DNA from: Amoebophrya sp. A120
Lineage: Eukaryota > Protista > Dinoflagellata
Direction: 5' to 3'
DNA length: 64,000 bases
NCBI GenBank assembly: GCA_905178155.1
Contig: CAJINV010000008.1
Span: 620,001-684,000, forward strand
In this document: piece after piece, positions 51,584-62,137 of the stretch
Position numbering within the stretch: position 1 is the first letter of the stretch
How the letters are laid out: each line of letters starts with the position of its first letter
Made by a program: the position numbers and the translations under genes
The notes under the pieces: generated by a model
Database searches by the model: none
Told to the model about the DNA's origin: nothing
Seen by the model: the letters and a program-made list of their open reading frames with translations, nothing else

Positions 51584-54500
51584 TCACTTCAGAATGGCAA
51601 AGCACGTCTTCGGCCCAACGGCAATTGACGATAGCTCTGCTCTATCTCGATCCACGTTCAAAACTTTTTGGACCTGATTTTCATACCCGCAATTCGTGAC
51701 TTCGCAGTAGACTTTGCTTTTGTCATCCCCGATCGCAGCTCCGCACAGCACGCCAAGACACGTTTCTGCCTGCTCCGCAGTCTGCCAACAATGGATCTGT
51801 TGCACAAGCGCCTCTTCCTCTGAATACTGCGTGTTTGTGGTCGAAGAAGGTAGCGCCACGGGTTCTGGCCAGGCATTACCGTCCCCGAACGTGTACAAAA
51901 AGTCGTGTTTGTCAAACTCCACCGTGACTTTCGTGATAAGGCCTTGGTTCTGCGAAGGCGTTTTTGACGACTCGGCGCTTTGCCCAGACTGCAGCAACTG
52001 CGCTGCATCACCGTTGCTCAGCAGTCCCACAAAACAGGTCTTCCAATGGTTAGCCGCCTTGGTGGCTGGTGATTCGCTTTGTGCCGAACGGTAAGGAAGA
52101 TCCGTCTGCACGGAAACATGCAAGTCGAAGGTCTCCCACCCGGTCCAACGCGCGGCTGTGTTTCCGTCCGCCTCTCCCTCACTGTCGACTGCGGGCTGTT
52201 GCTCATTGCGCTGGGCCAGCAAAATGCCCTTGGGTTTCAGCTGCACGAGGTTCAGCAAGTGCGAATCCAAAGCATCCGCACGCACATCGTGCAGCGCCAA
52301 CGACGCCATGGCAGCCGGCAGTGCTTGGCGATCCTTCTCCTGGCTTCCCGACGAAGAGATTTGATCGCTCCCCGCAGCGGTGGTAAGACTGCAGGCTTGG
52401 AATATCTGCTCTGCCTCGTGATATCCAATGAGGTACTTACACGACGACTGTGTCAGCAGATCCACTTTAGTATTGTTCGCTGCACCACCACCTCCGGGCT
52501 TGTTGCTGCCGACTTCAGTGTGCTTTGGTGACGAAGGCGACAGCACTCCCACGTCGTCGAACCACTCCGCCACCTCCGCAACAGCCACCCCTTTCGGCAT
52601 CTGGAAAACACACACGTCATTCGGCGTTGAAACAGGGCCTTTCGCCGAAGCATCACGAACAGGTGCTGCACTCTCCTCCGAGTTCACTTTTCCTGGAGGG
52701 GCAAAGTCAAGTAGCCTGCGTTTGATCTTCTTGCGGCCCAATGTCAGCACGGTATCTGGTTTATCCCCAGACAGGGACCAGCACTCGGCGGAAACAATGA
52801 AGATTTTGGGCTTGTTGCTCGTTGCCTCGGCGCCCTGGCTCGCCTCGGTGTCTTTCAGCGTCGTGTTGGCAGCGCAGGGCAGCGACGCCTCCGTCCCGGG
52901 ACTGTTCCCATTACCCCTGAGCAAGACCGGAGCGCGGGACTTGCAGATTAGACTGCCCTTCTGCGTGACCCGGCAAACAAGCGACTGCACGCGGAAATCT
53001 TGTTTTTTCCCTTCCGAGGCTGTTAGCACCAGCCACTCCCCCACCGGTAAAGGTTTCTCAACTAACACAACGGACTGCGGGATCTCCTTCTTCAGAGAAG
53101 CGGACAGGTTTTCGAAAAATCCCTTGCGGTGGTGGGGCAAATCTAGTTTGAGCAGCTTCTCCTTGACGAGTTTAGGTGTCGCAACTGCGCTCGCGCCGCC
53201 GTCTGGAAGTACTGCTGCAGAAGGCGCGACTATGTCAGGATGCGGCTGCAACGGAAACGCAGTCGCCCACCTCCCAGAAAGCGACGCCGGCGGTGTTACT
53301 ACAGCACTAGTTCCGCCTGATTTATTCGTTGCAGAGACGGAGAAGCTCGTCTTCACCAGCGCGCCAGTGCGACTAACTAACACGGTGGAGCTCGGACCAC
53401 ACGCAGCCAACACGAACCTGCGTGCCTTCAGCCTGTCGATCAGTGTGGCTTGCCGCAAATTTCGCTGATCGCCCTGCCCTAGCTTACCTTTTTTTAACAT
53501 AAAAGTCAGACAATCAGCACAGGTTCATAGCCTTTCTCGCAAACTGTCCAGTCTGCGTCTTGTTTTGACGACGCCGAAGAATGCAATGTATGAATAAGCT
53601 CACGGAGGTACGACTACGAGGAGCCTGTCAGACATCTAAGGAAGTTTGTCCAGCATTCGCAGCAGCCTTTGCTGCCACTTAGTAGGACACTTACTGCGAA
53701 TGTTTGAGAAACGGTTCTTGCACGAAGTTCTCAAACTTTGTCATCCTGTACGCCGAGAATAAGGTCTAAGTAGCATGTTTATCGAAAAGACGTTACTGTT
53801 AGCTCCATGGTTTGACCCGGCAGTTTGGCCGCAGAGCGACCCTGCACCAACCTGGAGTAAGAAACCCAGGTCCGCGCTCCTGCCGCGACAAGGAATATGA
53901 AGCAGGACTATGTGGGAGTTTAGAAAACGTCAACCACTATAGTCTCTCTATTGGATGCTATCGACTTCGAAACACCACGAGGAGCAGAATTGTACCCCGC
54001 TCCAGTGCCCGACCGCTCGATATCGCTGCGCAAGAGGAAAAATACTGCGCAGCATGGCACCCCAAAAGGCCGCACGAAAAATCTCAAGAAAACCAATGAT
54101 CAGACATCTAAGGAAGTTTGTCCAGCATGTGCAGCCACAAAAGTTATTTTCCCCTGGAGCTACTTAGTCGGACACTTACTGCGAATGTTTGAGAAACGGA
54201 ATACGATTTTCTCAAAGAGTGTCATCATCAGTACATACAAAAAAAAGGAATATCCAGTGCTTTGTCAGGGTGTCTAAAGGTTGATGTCACCGTATCCACC
54301 CCGTTGAGGCAAATGCTCTACGAAAATGGATGGCGCGACACTTGTTGCAATCATCATCGTAAGGCAGCTTTTGCTTTGCTACCTATGCATGAGAGATTTT
54401 TCTGTGCTCTAAAATGCGCATCACAAATCAGGGTGTCTAGAGGTTGATGTCACCGTATCCGCCCCGTAGAGGCGAAAGCTCTACGAAAATGGATGGCGCG

Positions 54501-56580
54501 ACACTTGTTACAATCATCATTTTAGTTCGTCGAACCTAGTTGGGGATCTAGGTTCAAATTCTTCTCTGTCGGGCTACAGCACAAATCAGGGTGTCTAGAG
54601 GTTGATGTCACCGTATCCGCCCCGTAGAGGCGAAAGCTCTACGAAAATGGATGGCGCGACACTTGTTATAATCATCATTTTAGTTAGTGGAACCTAGTCG
54701 GGGATCTAGATTCAAAATTCTCTGTCGGGCTACAGCACAAATCAGGGTGTCTAGAGGTTGATGTCACCGTATCCGCCCCGTAGAGGCCGAAACTCTACGA
54801 AAATGGATGGCGCGACACTTGTTACAATCATCACGCTAGTGCTAGCTGTGGTGGAGATTATAAGTGCTACAAAGAGAACGCTGGGCTTTGGCTCTCGTGG
54901 GCAGTCAGGGTGTCAAAGAGTTGATGTCACCGCATCTTCCTGGCAGAGGGAAATGCTCTACGAAAATGGATGGCGCGACACTTGTTACGATCATCATTCA
55001 TGCCCGTCTTTGGTGCAATTACGCATTTACAAATCTAGGTGTTAAGGGAAATCCGCATTACAAATGACCAAATTTGTACTAGTACGATACTTTCAACCGG
55101 TCAGACATCTAAGGAAAAAAGTCGGTCTTCATTTGTGCCAGCGGTCACAACATGACCCCCTACACTTTTTCGGACACTTACTGCGAATGTTTGAGAAACG
55201 GATTATTATGTTCTCAAAGTGAGTCATCATTCAGTCGGAAGAAAGGTTTGCTCTTTTTCATCATTTTAGAGCCCAGTAGATCAAAATTTCAAAGTGCGAA
55301 ATTGCCTTACCCGCCGCGCCGTTCCCCCAAGACCAGGGACGCCCCAAGCCGTCGATTGCCACAGAATGGTTTTCTCCCACTGCAAGAACGGGCCACTCGG
55401 CTTGATGCTGCTCCACTCGGCAAGGCTCCCACAGAACCTGTAGCGCTGTCTTGGGCAGGTATGGGTCGACGCAAACGCACTCCGGGCTCCCATTTTCGCC
55501 AGCCCCACACTGCCCTTCACTATGATTTCCAAACGCAAGATAGTAGGATGTCTCTGGCACTGGCTCGTCACGCTTTCCGGCTGCCGCCGAGCCGCGCATC
55601 TTGATAATTGTGTGGAAGTTTCCGCAAAAACAGGCTGTTGCGCGCGTGTTCTCATCGATTCCCCAAAGAGACGCGATCACTGTTGGCGTTTGCAGGCTGT
55701 AGGAAGGGGTGGTGCAATAATCTTCGCCATAATGATCTGCGTCCTGGAAGACAAAGGAGCTTCTTCCGTGGCCCAACTGTCCGTAGTCACCGCGCCCCCA
55801 GGAAAACACTCGCCCACATGCACCCACAGCAACGGAGTGTCGCACCCCGACCGCGATATCGACGGCGGCAGTGGAAGAATCACCAAACTCCGGTAGCAGC
55901 TTTGGCAGTTGCAGGCCAAGCTCCAGCTCCGCTCCGTTCGTGTGAACCGCCTCGAACACGTGGCCCGTCTGCGTGAGGAACAGAGTGTGCTCGTACCCCG
56001 ACGCAATCTTCACGATTCGCAGTCCTTGTAGACCCAGTACCGGAAAAGGCACATGGTTTTCTCGCAGGACTTCCACCAAACAGCGCATCTCCCCCGATAG
56101 TGGTGACCCCTTGCCCAGAAACAGTGCACGCAGCAGGTCCTTCGTTCCCACCTCGCTGTCGCCCGAAACTTCTGTGGCTAGAGGACGAGCATTACCATTC
56201 CCTTCCACCCATGCCGTACAGCCGATACTGTCGCATATACATGAAACAAAATCGTGGAACGACAGATGCGTTGTGACCTCTGCAGACACGCGTGGATTCC
56301 TTTCTTTCGCGACTCTCGCTGCACAGGAAAGAAACGGGTCGAACTGAAGAAGCGTGCTTTGGTTTGCCTTGTCATCTCCGTTCGGCGCGGGAAGTCGGCT
56401 AAACAGCGCGAACAGCATCTCGAGTTTTTGAATCAGAAACAAATCGGCACATTGCAGAACCTCCTCAAAAAGCAAAACAAGCTGAGTGTCCTCCTCCGCC
56501 GTCGTCGTTGCATGGGCCTTCCTCGCTTGCCCAAAAGCCTCGACGCGACGAGCAATGACAAGACCTGACGATTCCCCCAT
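51584..56580 (-). CDS. Large RCC1-repeat protein; hosts a snoRNA cluster in its 1.8-kb intron (ends uncertain)
   Basis: IASGYEHTLFL, IAVGVRHSVAV..VFSWGRGDYGQLGHG; the repeat WSWGNGAAG|KLGQGD is completed across GT-AG intron 53488-55310, joining ORFs 55261-56580 and 51584-53500. Confidence 0.82.
53628..53747 (-). ncRNA. U14 snoRNA (copy 2; variant box C AGGATGA)
   Basis: ACATTCGCAGT and TTCCTTAGATGTCTGA present. Confidence 0.85.
53794..54063 (-). ncRNA. snR30/U17 H/ACA snoRNA (copy 2)
   Basis: ATATTCCT and AAACCAT, GCTTC/GGAGC stem, ACA box at 53799-53797; colinear with copy 1. Confidence 0.86.
54100..54228 (-). ncRNA. U14 snoRNA (copy 3)
   Basis: Boxes C and D, domains A and B intact. Confidence 0.93.
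54265..54997 (-). ncRNA. Tandem array of five box C/D snoRNA 'X' copies (54265-54357, 54428-54520, 54586-54678, 54742-54834, 54905-54997)
   Basis: Each unit is 93 nt from RTGATGA to CTGA with invariant GTCGCGCCATCCATTTTCGTAGAG; spacers diverge more than units. Confidence 0.88.
55101..55230 (-). ncRNA. U14 snoRNA (copy 4, divergent central domain)
   Basis: ATGATGA, ACATTCGCAGT, TTCCTTAGATGTCTGA. Confidence 0.9.
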
Positions 56581-56956
56581 CTTGTGGAAAAGACAGCATA
56601 ACGAAGTCTCAAGTATGATAAAAACACATGAATGTCTCAGAATGAAAATTCACTACTCTCACCATGAATCTATTGCCCTCATCTCTCGGACGGTTAGTTC
56701 GAAACTGGCACTCTGCCAGATGCTACTTTTTACTGCCAGATGCACACGAAAACAAAAAAAGCTGTATGACAATAGCGTTTAGAATGAACAAGCTAAACCG
56801 AACACCAAGTACAGCGCATATTTCAAAAGGGAAGACTTTCCCTGCCAAAAGCGCAGTTCTTTTTTTTCCAGGGTACCAAAAAGCAGGCGAGTAACCGTTA
56901 GTCAGTCTTCCAGTGTGCTGTTTCTAACCTTCTCGTCGGTTCATCATCCCGGCATT

Positions 56957-57399
56957 TTACTTGGACTTCAAGTTCTGGATAGTGGCCTGAACGGACGCGG
57001 CGGCAGCCGTGCTGAACTGCCAGCATCCTCCGGCGTACACACGACCGCACGGCTTGCAGGACCAGATACCTGTTCGTGCATTTTCATTACCAGTTTGTTA
57101 CAGATTTAGAATTTTGATAGCAGAAGATCCAAAGAACCAATCAAAACAGTGGCCTCCTGAAGCGAACATCAGGTGGAATGGGTACTATGAAGGAGAAAAA
57201 CAACTAGCGTAGCAAAAATGCGAAAAAGATAAACAATTATACCAGCAGCCTTCCTCTTGACGGCAGTCTTACCGCAGTGCGGGCACAGGTACTTGGAGCG
57301 CTGCTGCACCTCGACGCGCTTCACCAACTTACGCAGGGTGGCACCGTAGCGGGTACCGTACCTACCGGTGATTCCGACTTTCTTCGTGCGGCGAGCCAT
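56957..57399 (-). CDS. RPL37A: 60S ribosomal protein L37a/eL43 (2 exons)
   Basis: [31 protein letters not shown]|IWSCKPC; GT-AG intron ~57070-57243. Confidence 0.96.
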
Positions 57400-58017
57400 T
57401 TTTTTGGTTTTCTGGTTCGAGAACTACGCTACAAATAGCACTGCCCCCAATATACCCGGAATAGGTCCCTGAGAGAAAGAAAGGTGGAAACAAAACATCA
57501 AAATTAGTTGCGCGGTGGAAACAAAGCATCAAAAAGTGAGTGGATATATTCGCATCAGATTTTAAATTTGGAATGACCACATCTTCTTTACTTTCTCGTG
57601 AGTTTATGGATCTTTTAGTATGAGCGTTTCCGCCCGTGTCGGAGCGGATCTCGAATTCATCTGCAAATTGCTGCAAAATTTAGAATGCAAGTTAGGGATC
57701 CACGTGATCGGAGCAGGAAAATCCAAGACAGTATGTTCGAAGTGGAGATCGCTTCGCGGTTTAGGTTTCTCGATCAATCGTGATCTTCGTTAATCCTCGT
57801 GTACATCTCATTTTGATCCAAGAGAATTACGAGAGCATCCTACGACAACACACTAGCAAAAGTGAGACTGTAAGGACATCAGGTCAAAACAGGCAATTCG
57901 ACTCGTTACACGAGGCTCAAAAATCTAAATCACGTCCGACTTGACAGCAAATCGTTTTATTGCTCACATGTGTGCAGCAAGCACTGTTCACACCGGAGGT
58001 CGTCGTGACACATTTTT

Positions 58018-59565
58018 TCACTCACTCAGCTCCATAACGTGCCACCCGGTCCAGGACCCCTGCGCAGGTACGACTGCATCCTGTTCGACCAAACCGGGCT
58101 CCACGCACAGGTACCGCAGTTCGTCCTTTTCTGCCATATCCTTCGGGATTTTGTCCGGAGCGGAAGAACCAATGTTCCACACTATCCTGAGTAAAAACGT
58201 ACCCACACCATAGTCAAGATGGGGAATCGGCTAGACAAATCCACAAGTTTTGGCTGTTTTGCATGACAAATTTGGACTCGTATTGTAGTGCTGTTTGAGC
58301 TAGCTCAGGAGCATCACAGATCTAGCATACCATGCTGATTGGAGCATGGCAAATTGCAAAACACGACTATAAAATGCTTCTCATGGGGCTCCGCATGAGA
58401 AACATTTTAAGCATGCAGATTTGCATGACAACTATGGTGTGGGAACGTTTTTACAAATGATACACACGACCGAGTCTGGAATGGATTTCGACGTGTAGAG
58501 CGTGATATCAACTGTAAAAATGTCTGGGTCTGGAAGAATCCAACTTGTCATGCTGGTTTTGGATTCTAAAAAAATCTGTATTGCATGAGCAGCGAAGAGA
58601 GTCCAAGTTTTGCTCCACGGAAAGAGTATTTGCCATGCGGTATAGGCATCAGGAAGCCCTCACAAAATCTGTGATGCTAGGGCATGCATCACAGACATCA
58701 CGAGTCATGCAAAATGTGCATGACAAACCTGGCAATCTTCCAGACCCAGACATTTTTACATTTGATACGTGAGCACTTCAGGCGTCGAAAAGGGTTCAAA
58801 CCGCATCACGCACGGGTTCGCGTGCGTTTGAATCGTCGTCTTGTCCTCCAGCAAGCTCTTGGGGTCGAGGGCGGCGGCCGAGTCTTGCATGTCTGCGACG
58901 TCTTTTTCTGCTTTCGGAACAAAAAACATGCGCTCCACCTCCTGCTTGCCGTCCACTTTCACGACGTCGTCCTCGTTTTCCCATTGCTTTCCCAGTTCCC
59001 GGGTGCTCTTGAAGCACTTGAACCCGGAAACTTCGACGTCAGTTTTCGCCTCGTCCTTCGCGAAGTAGGTGTGCAGACAGCCGGAAAAGGGCAGCGGTTC
59101 CGGTGCCGCATTCTCCACCGCAAGGTGCAGCCCCAGTGTGTTTTTGGTCAGGAGGAACGTGATCAAAAGGGTGACCTTGTTCTCAGCAGTCACATCGGTC
59201 TTGTCGGTGCCGTTTACAAAGCATCGGTTAAACGTCGTCGTGTACTTTAATTGCGCAAGAGACGCGTCTTTGTCGGCCTCGGTTTTTCCACCGGCTACGG
59301 GAACGACTTCCCAATCCGTTGCGGTGCGCACAAAGCCGTGTTTTCCGATCTTCGGATTCTTGCCGGCGAAGGCAGGCCAGCAGATGGGGATACCGCCACG
59401 GAGAGCGGTTTTCCCCTCGGCGAAAGTCGCAAGTTCAGACATGTAAAGCAATTCCCTCCCGGATGCAGACTTCCAGGATAGCACGTGCGCACCATGAACT
59501 GCGATTTTGCAAGTCGCGCCCTCGCAACTCAACGTTATGATTTGCCCTTCGTCGACGGGCGCCAT
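58018..59565 (-). CDS. Glucose-6-phosphate 1-epimerase / aldose 1-epimerase family
   Basis: HGAHVLSW, RGGIPICWPAF, KHGFVR, LHTYF, DSVV|WN, YLCVEPG; interrupted by two TIR elements. Confidence 0.9.
58183..58462. mobile_element. Intron-forming TIR element, family B (B3), 280 bp
   Basis: TATCCTGAGTAAAAACGTACCCACACCATAGT / ACTATGGTGTGGGAACGTTTTTACAAATGATA; TSD CACAC at 58178-58182 and 58463-58467. Confidence 0.94.
58506..58767. mobile_element. Intron-forming TIR element, family A (A4), 262 bp
   Basis: Family-A TIRs, interior closely similar to A1; TSD CGTGA at 58501-58505 and 58768-58772. Confidence 0.95.
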
Positions 59566-59854
59566 TTTTAGAATTCTTTTTCTGAGAGGTACTACAGATT
59601 CCACCACGCCAATAGAGAAGTGACGTTTGATAGACACTAGTCAAGATGCACTCTCAATTCCACAATTTTTTCGAAGAACGACGTCATAACAGTATGGCGA
59701 ACAAAGAACCTTCAACAGAGCAAGACTTCTGGGCCAGAAGGAGTGCGGAGAGCAGACACGATTTTTTTAAACTGCCGATATTGATGTCGCTGAATCATGT
59801 GGGGCTGTGTTACATGTTGAAGAAGTCGCTGTCGCGAGCCGCACTGCTTTGTTT

Positions 59855-60823
59855 TTAATCGTCCAAATCCAAATCATCGTCACTGTCCTGTCGCTTCCGC
59901 TGTATCTTCACATTGCGCGAATTGGCTGAAGAAGCGTCGAGCTCGTCCTGTTTTATCGGATTGGGTTTTAAATCAGACAAACTTCAGAAAAGCCCGAAAA
60001 ATGCACTTCTTCACACCTCGTGCCAGTGCGCTAAGTAAGTCGGGTGCGTAGTCAGTCCTATCGATTCTTCAATTGAGTCCACACTTTAGCAACAAAGCCA
60101 CTTTGGTTGCCAAGCGTTCAAAAACATTTCATCATAACGTCGTCAGGCGTCAAATGCAAACTTGCGAGTCAGTCCTATCGATTCTTCAAGTGAGTCTACA
60201 CTATGGCTTCGGTTGCCAAGCGTTTAAAAACATTTCATCATAACGTCGTCAGGCGTCAAATGCAAACTTGCGAGTCAGTCCTATCGATTCTTCAATTGAG
60301 TCTTCACTATGGCTTCGGTTGCCAAGCGTTCAAAAACATTTCATCCTTGCAAGGGATGCCCAATTCAGGCTTGATGTGATCACAGTCGCAGAAACAAAAA
60401 AAATGAAAAGCGAAAGTACGATCATCTTCACGAGCGTGTTGTCGTCCATTTTCGTGGAGAGTGCCCCGGCCTGCACTTTTCTGATAATTGCTTCTTCAAT
60501 CGCATCCTGCTTCTCCTTTTTTACGAGGCCTATCCTAGATAGCCTCTCCAGGGCCTCCGGCTCCAAAAGCTGTCGAATGATCATCTTCTTCTGGTTCTCT
60601 CGCGCTTCCTGCTGCTCTCGCTGCGCTTTCATAGCCTGTTTTTCAGATAGGAGATTATTTTGATTTGTAGGGTGAGTAAGAACGCGGCACTTCAAAATAC
60701 TTCATCATCTGCAGCACTGTTCTCGTATGCAAAAGCTGAATAAGTAGGTACCTCCATCTGCTGTTCCTGGCTGTGCTGCATTTGCGCAGCCTGCTTGGCA
60801 TGTGCCTCTTCTCTTGCGTCCAT
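59855..60823 (-). CDS. PDCD5: PDCD5/SDD2-family protein (3 exons)
   Basis: IIRQLLEPEALERLSRIGLVKKEK..IEEAII..LVKMI, tail VKIQRKRQDSDDD; exons 60823-60752, 60635-60420, 59947-59855. Confidence 0.88.
60052..60347 (-). ncRNA. Three tandem double-guide box C/D snoRNAs in PDCD5 intron 2 (60052-60135, 60169-60241, 60275-60347)
   Basis: ATGATGA/AGGATGA...CTGA; guides TGAACGCTTGGC (vs LSU GCCAAGCGTTCA) and AAGAATCGATAGG (vs LSU CCTATCGATYCTT). Confidence 0.8.
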
Positions 60824-61266
60824 TTTCGATTCGAAATACGAGGGCGTTTAATCCAAGCGTTAATGCGCAACGCGGCTCCTTTCTACCGGCTACAGAGGTT
60901 TCTATTTCTGGAGACGACGACAAGTCTATAATTACTGGCTCTACAGTGCTGCTACTTATCTATTATTCTTCTTTGACAATTCTACCACGCCCGTTGCTAT
61001 GCTCCCCGAACCTGTGTGCTACCTGGAAGGACGACGACGAGGCGTGTGGAGCGTCACAACAAAAGAGTCCGATTTATCCAGCACAGCATCAGCGTTCCGA
61101 CGAATCTAGTGATTTGTGTTCCCTGGATTTGCGATCTTGGGAATTTCTCACCGAAAAAAGGACCTGCCGGATCCGGTGGACGATTTCTATTTTCCACAGA
61201 CGTGTTCTCTCACCTGATGGCTGATCTCCATTTAAAGCCTTCTCGCTCGCGGTGACAAACTAAAGG

Positions 61267-61386
61267 ACGCCTCCAGATACTTTCACACCGGACATGAAAA
61301 TTTCACACTGGAGCGGACATGAAAATTTTACACGCCTCCGGATACTTTCACACTGGAGCGGACTCTGCACTGGACATGAAAATTTC
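61267..61386. repeat. Shuffled short-module repeat
   Basis: GGACATGAAAATTT x3, TTTCACACTGGAGCGGAC x2, ACGCCTCCRGATACTTTCACAC x2. Confidence 0.8.
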
Positions 61387-61610
61387 CGAACAAAACCTCC
61401 GGGCAGCGCGTGGAATCTTATGCGCAGCAACGAGCAGGGCTCGCACTTGAAAGCTTTTTTCTGAGGACGTTTTAGCTGAAAAAAACCGATTTAAGTTTTG
61501 TCTCGTGGTTTCGTTAGTTGTGAATCAGTCTTTTCCAACGTTGTGTTTTCTTACACACAAGAACCTCTGATAGCGTAGTCGACAAGAGTTACGTAGTGCA
61601 AGATGCGCAC

Positions 61611-62137
<527 letters not shown>

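Noticed and set aside
54265-54997. CRISPR-like repeat-spacer appearance
   Set aside because: Units are 93 nt with C/D boxes and an rRNA antisense element, some spacers are near-identical, the context is eukaryotic and there are no cas genes.
44204-60347. rRNA gene fragments (ACATCTAAGGAA, ACTGCGAATG, GAAAATGGATGGCGC, GCCAAGCGTTCA on the plus strand)
   Set aside because: Only 10-15-nt matches, bounded by C/D boxes on the minus strand; these are snoRNA guides, not rDNA.
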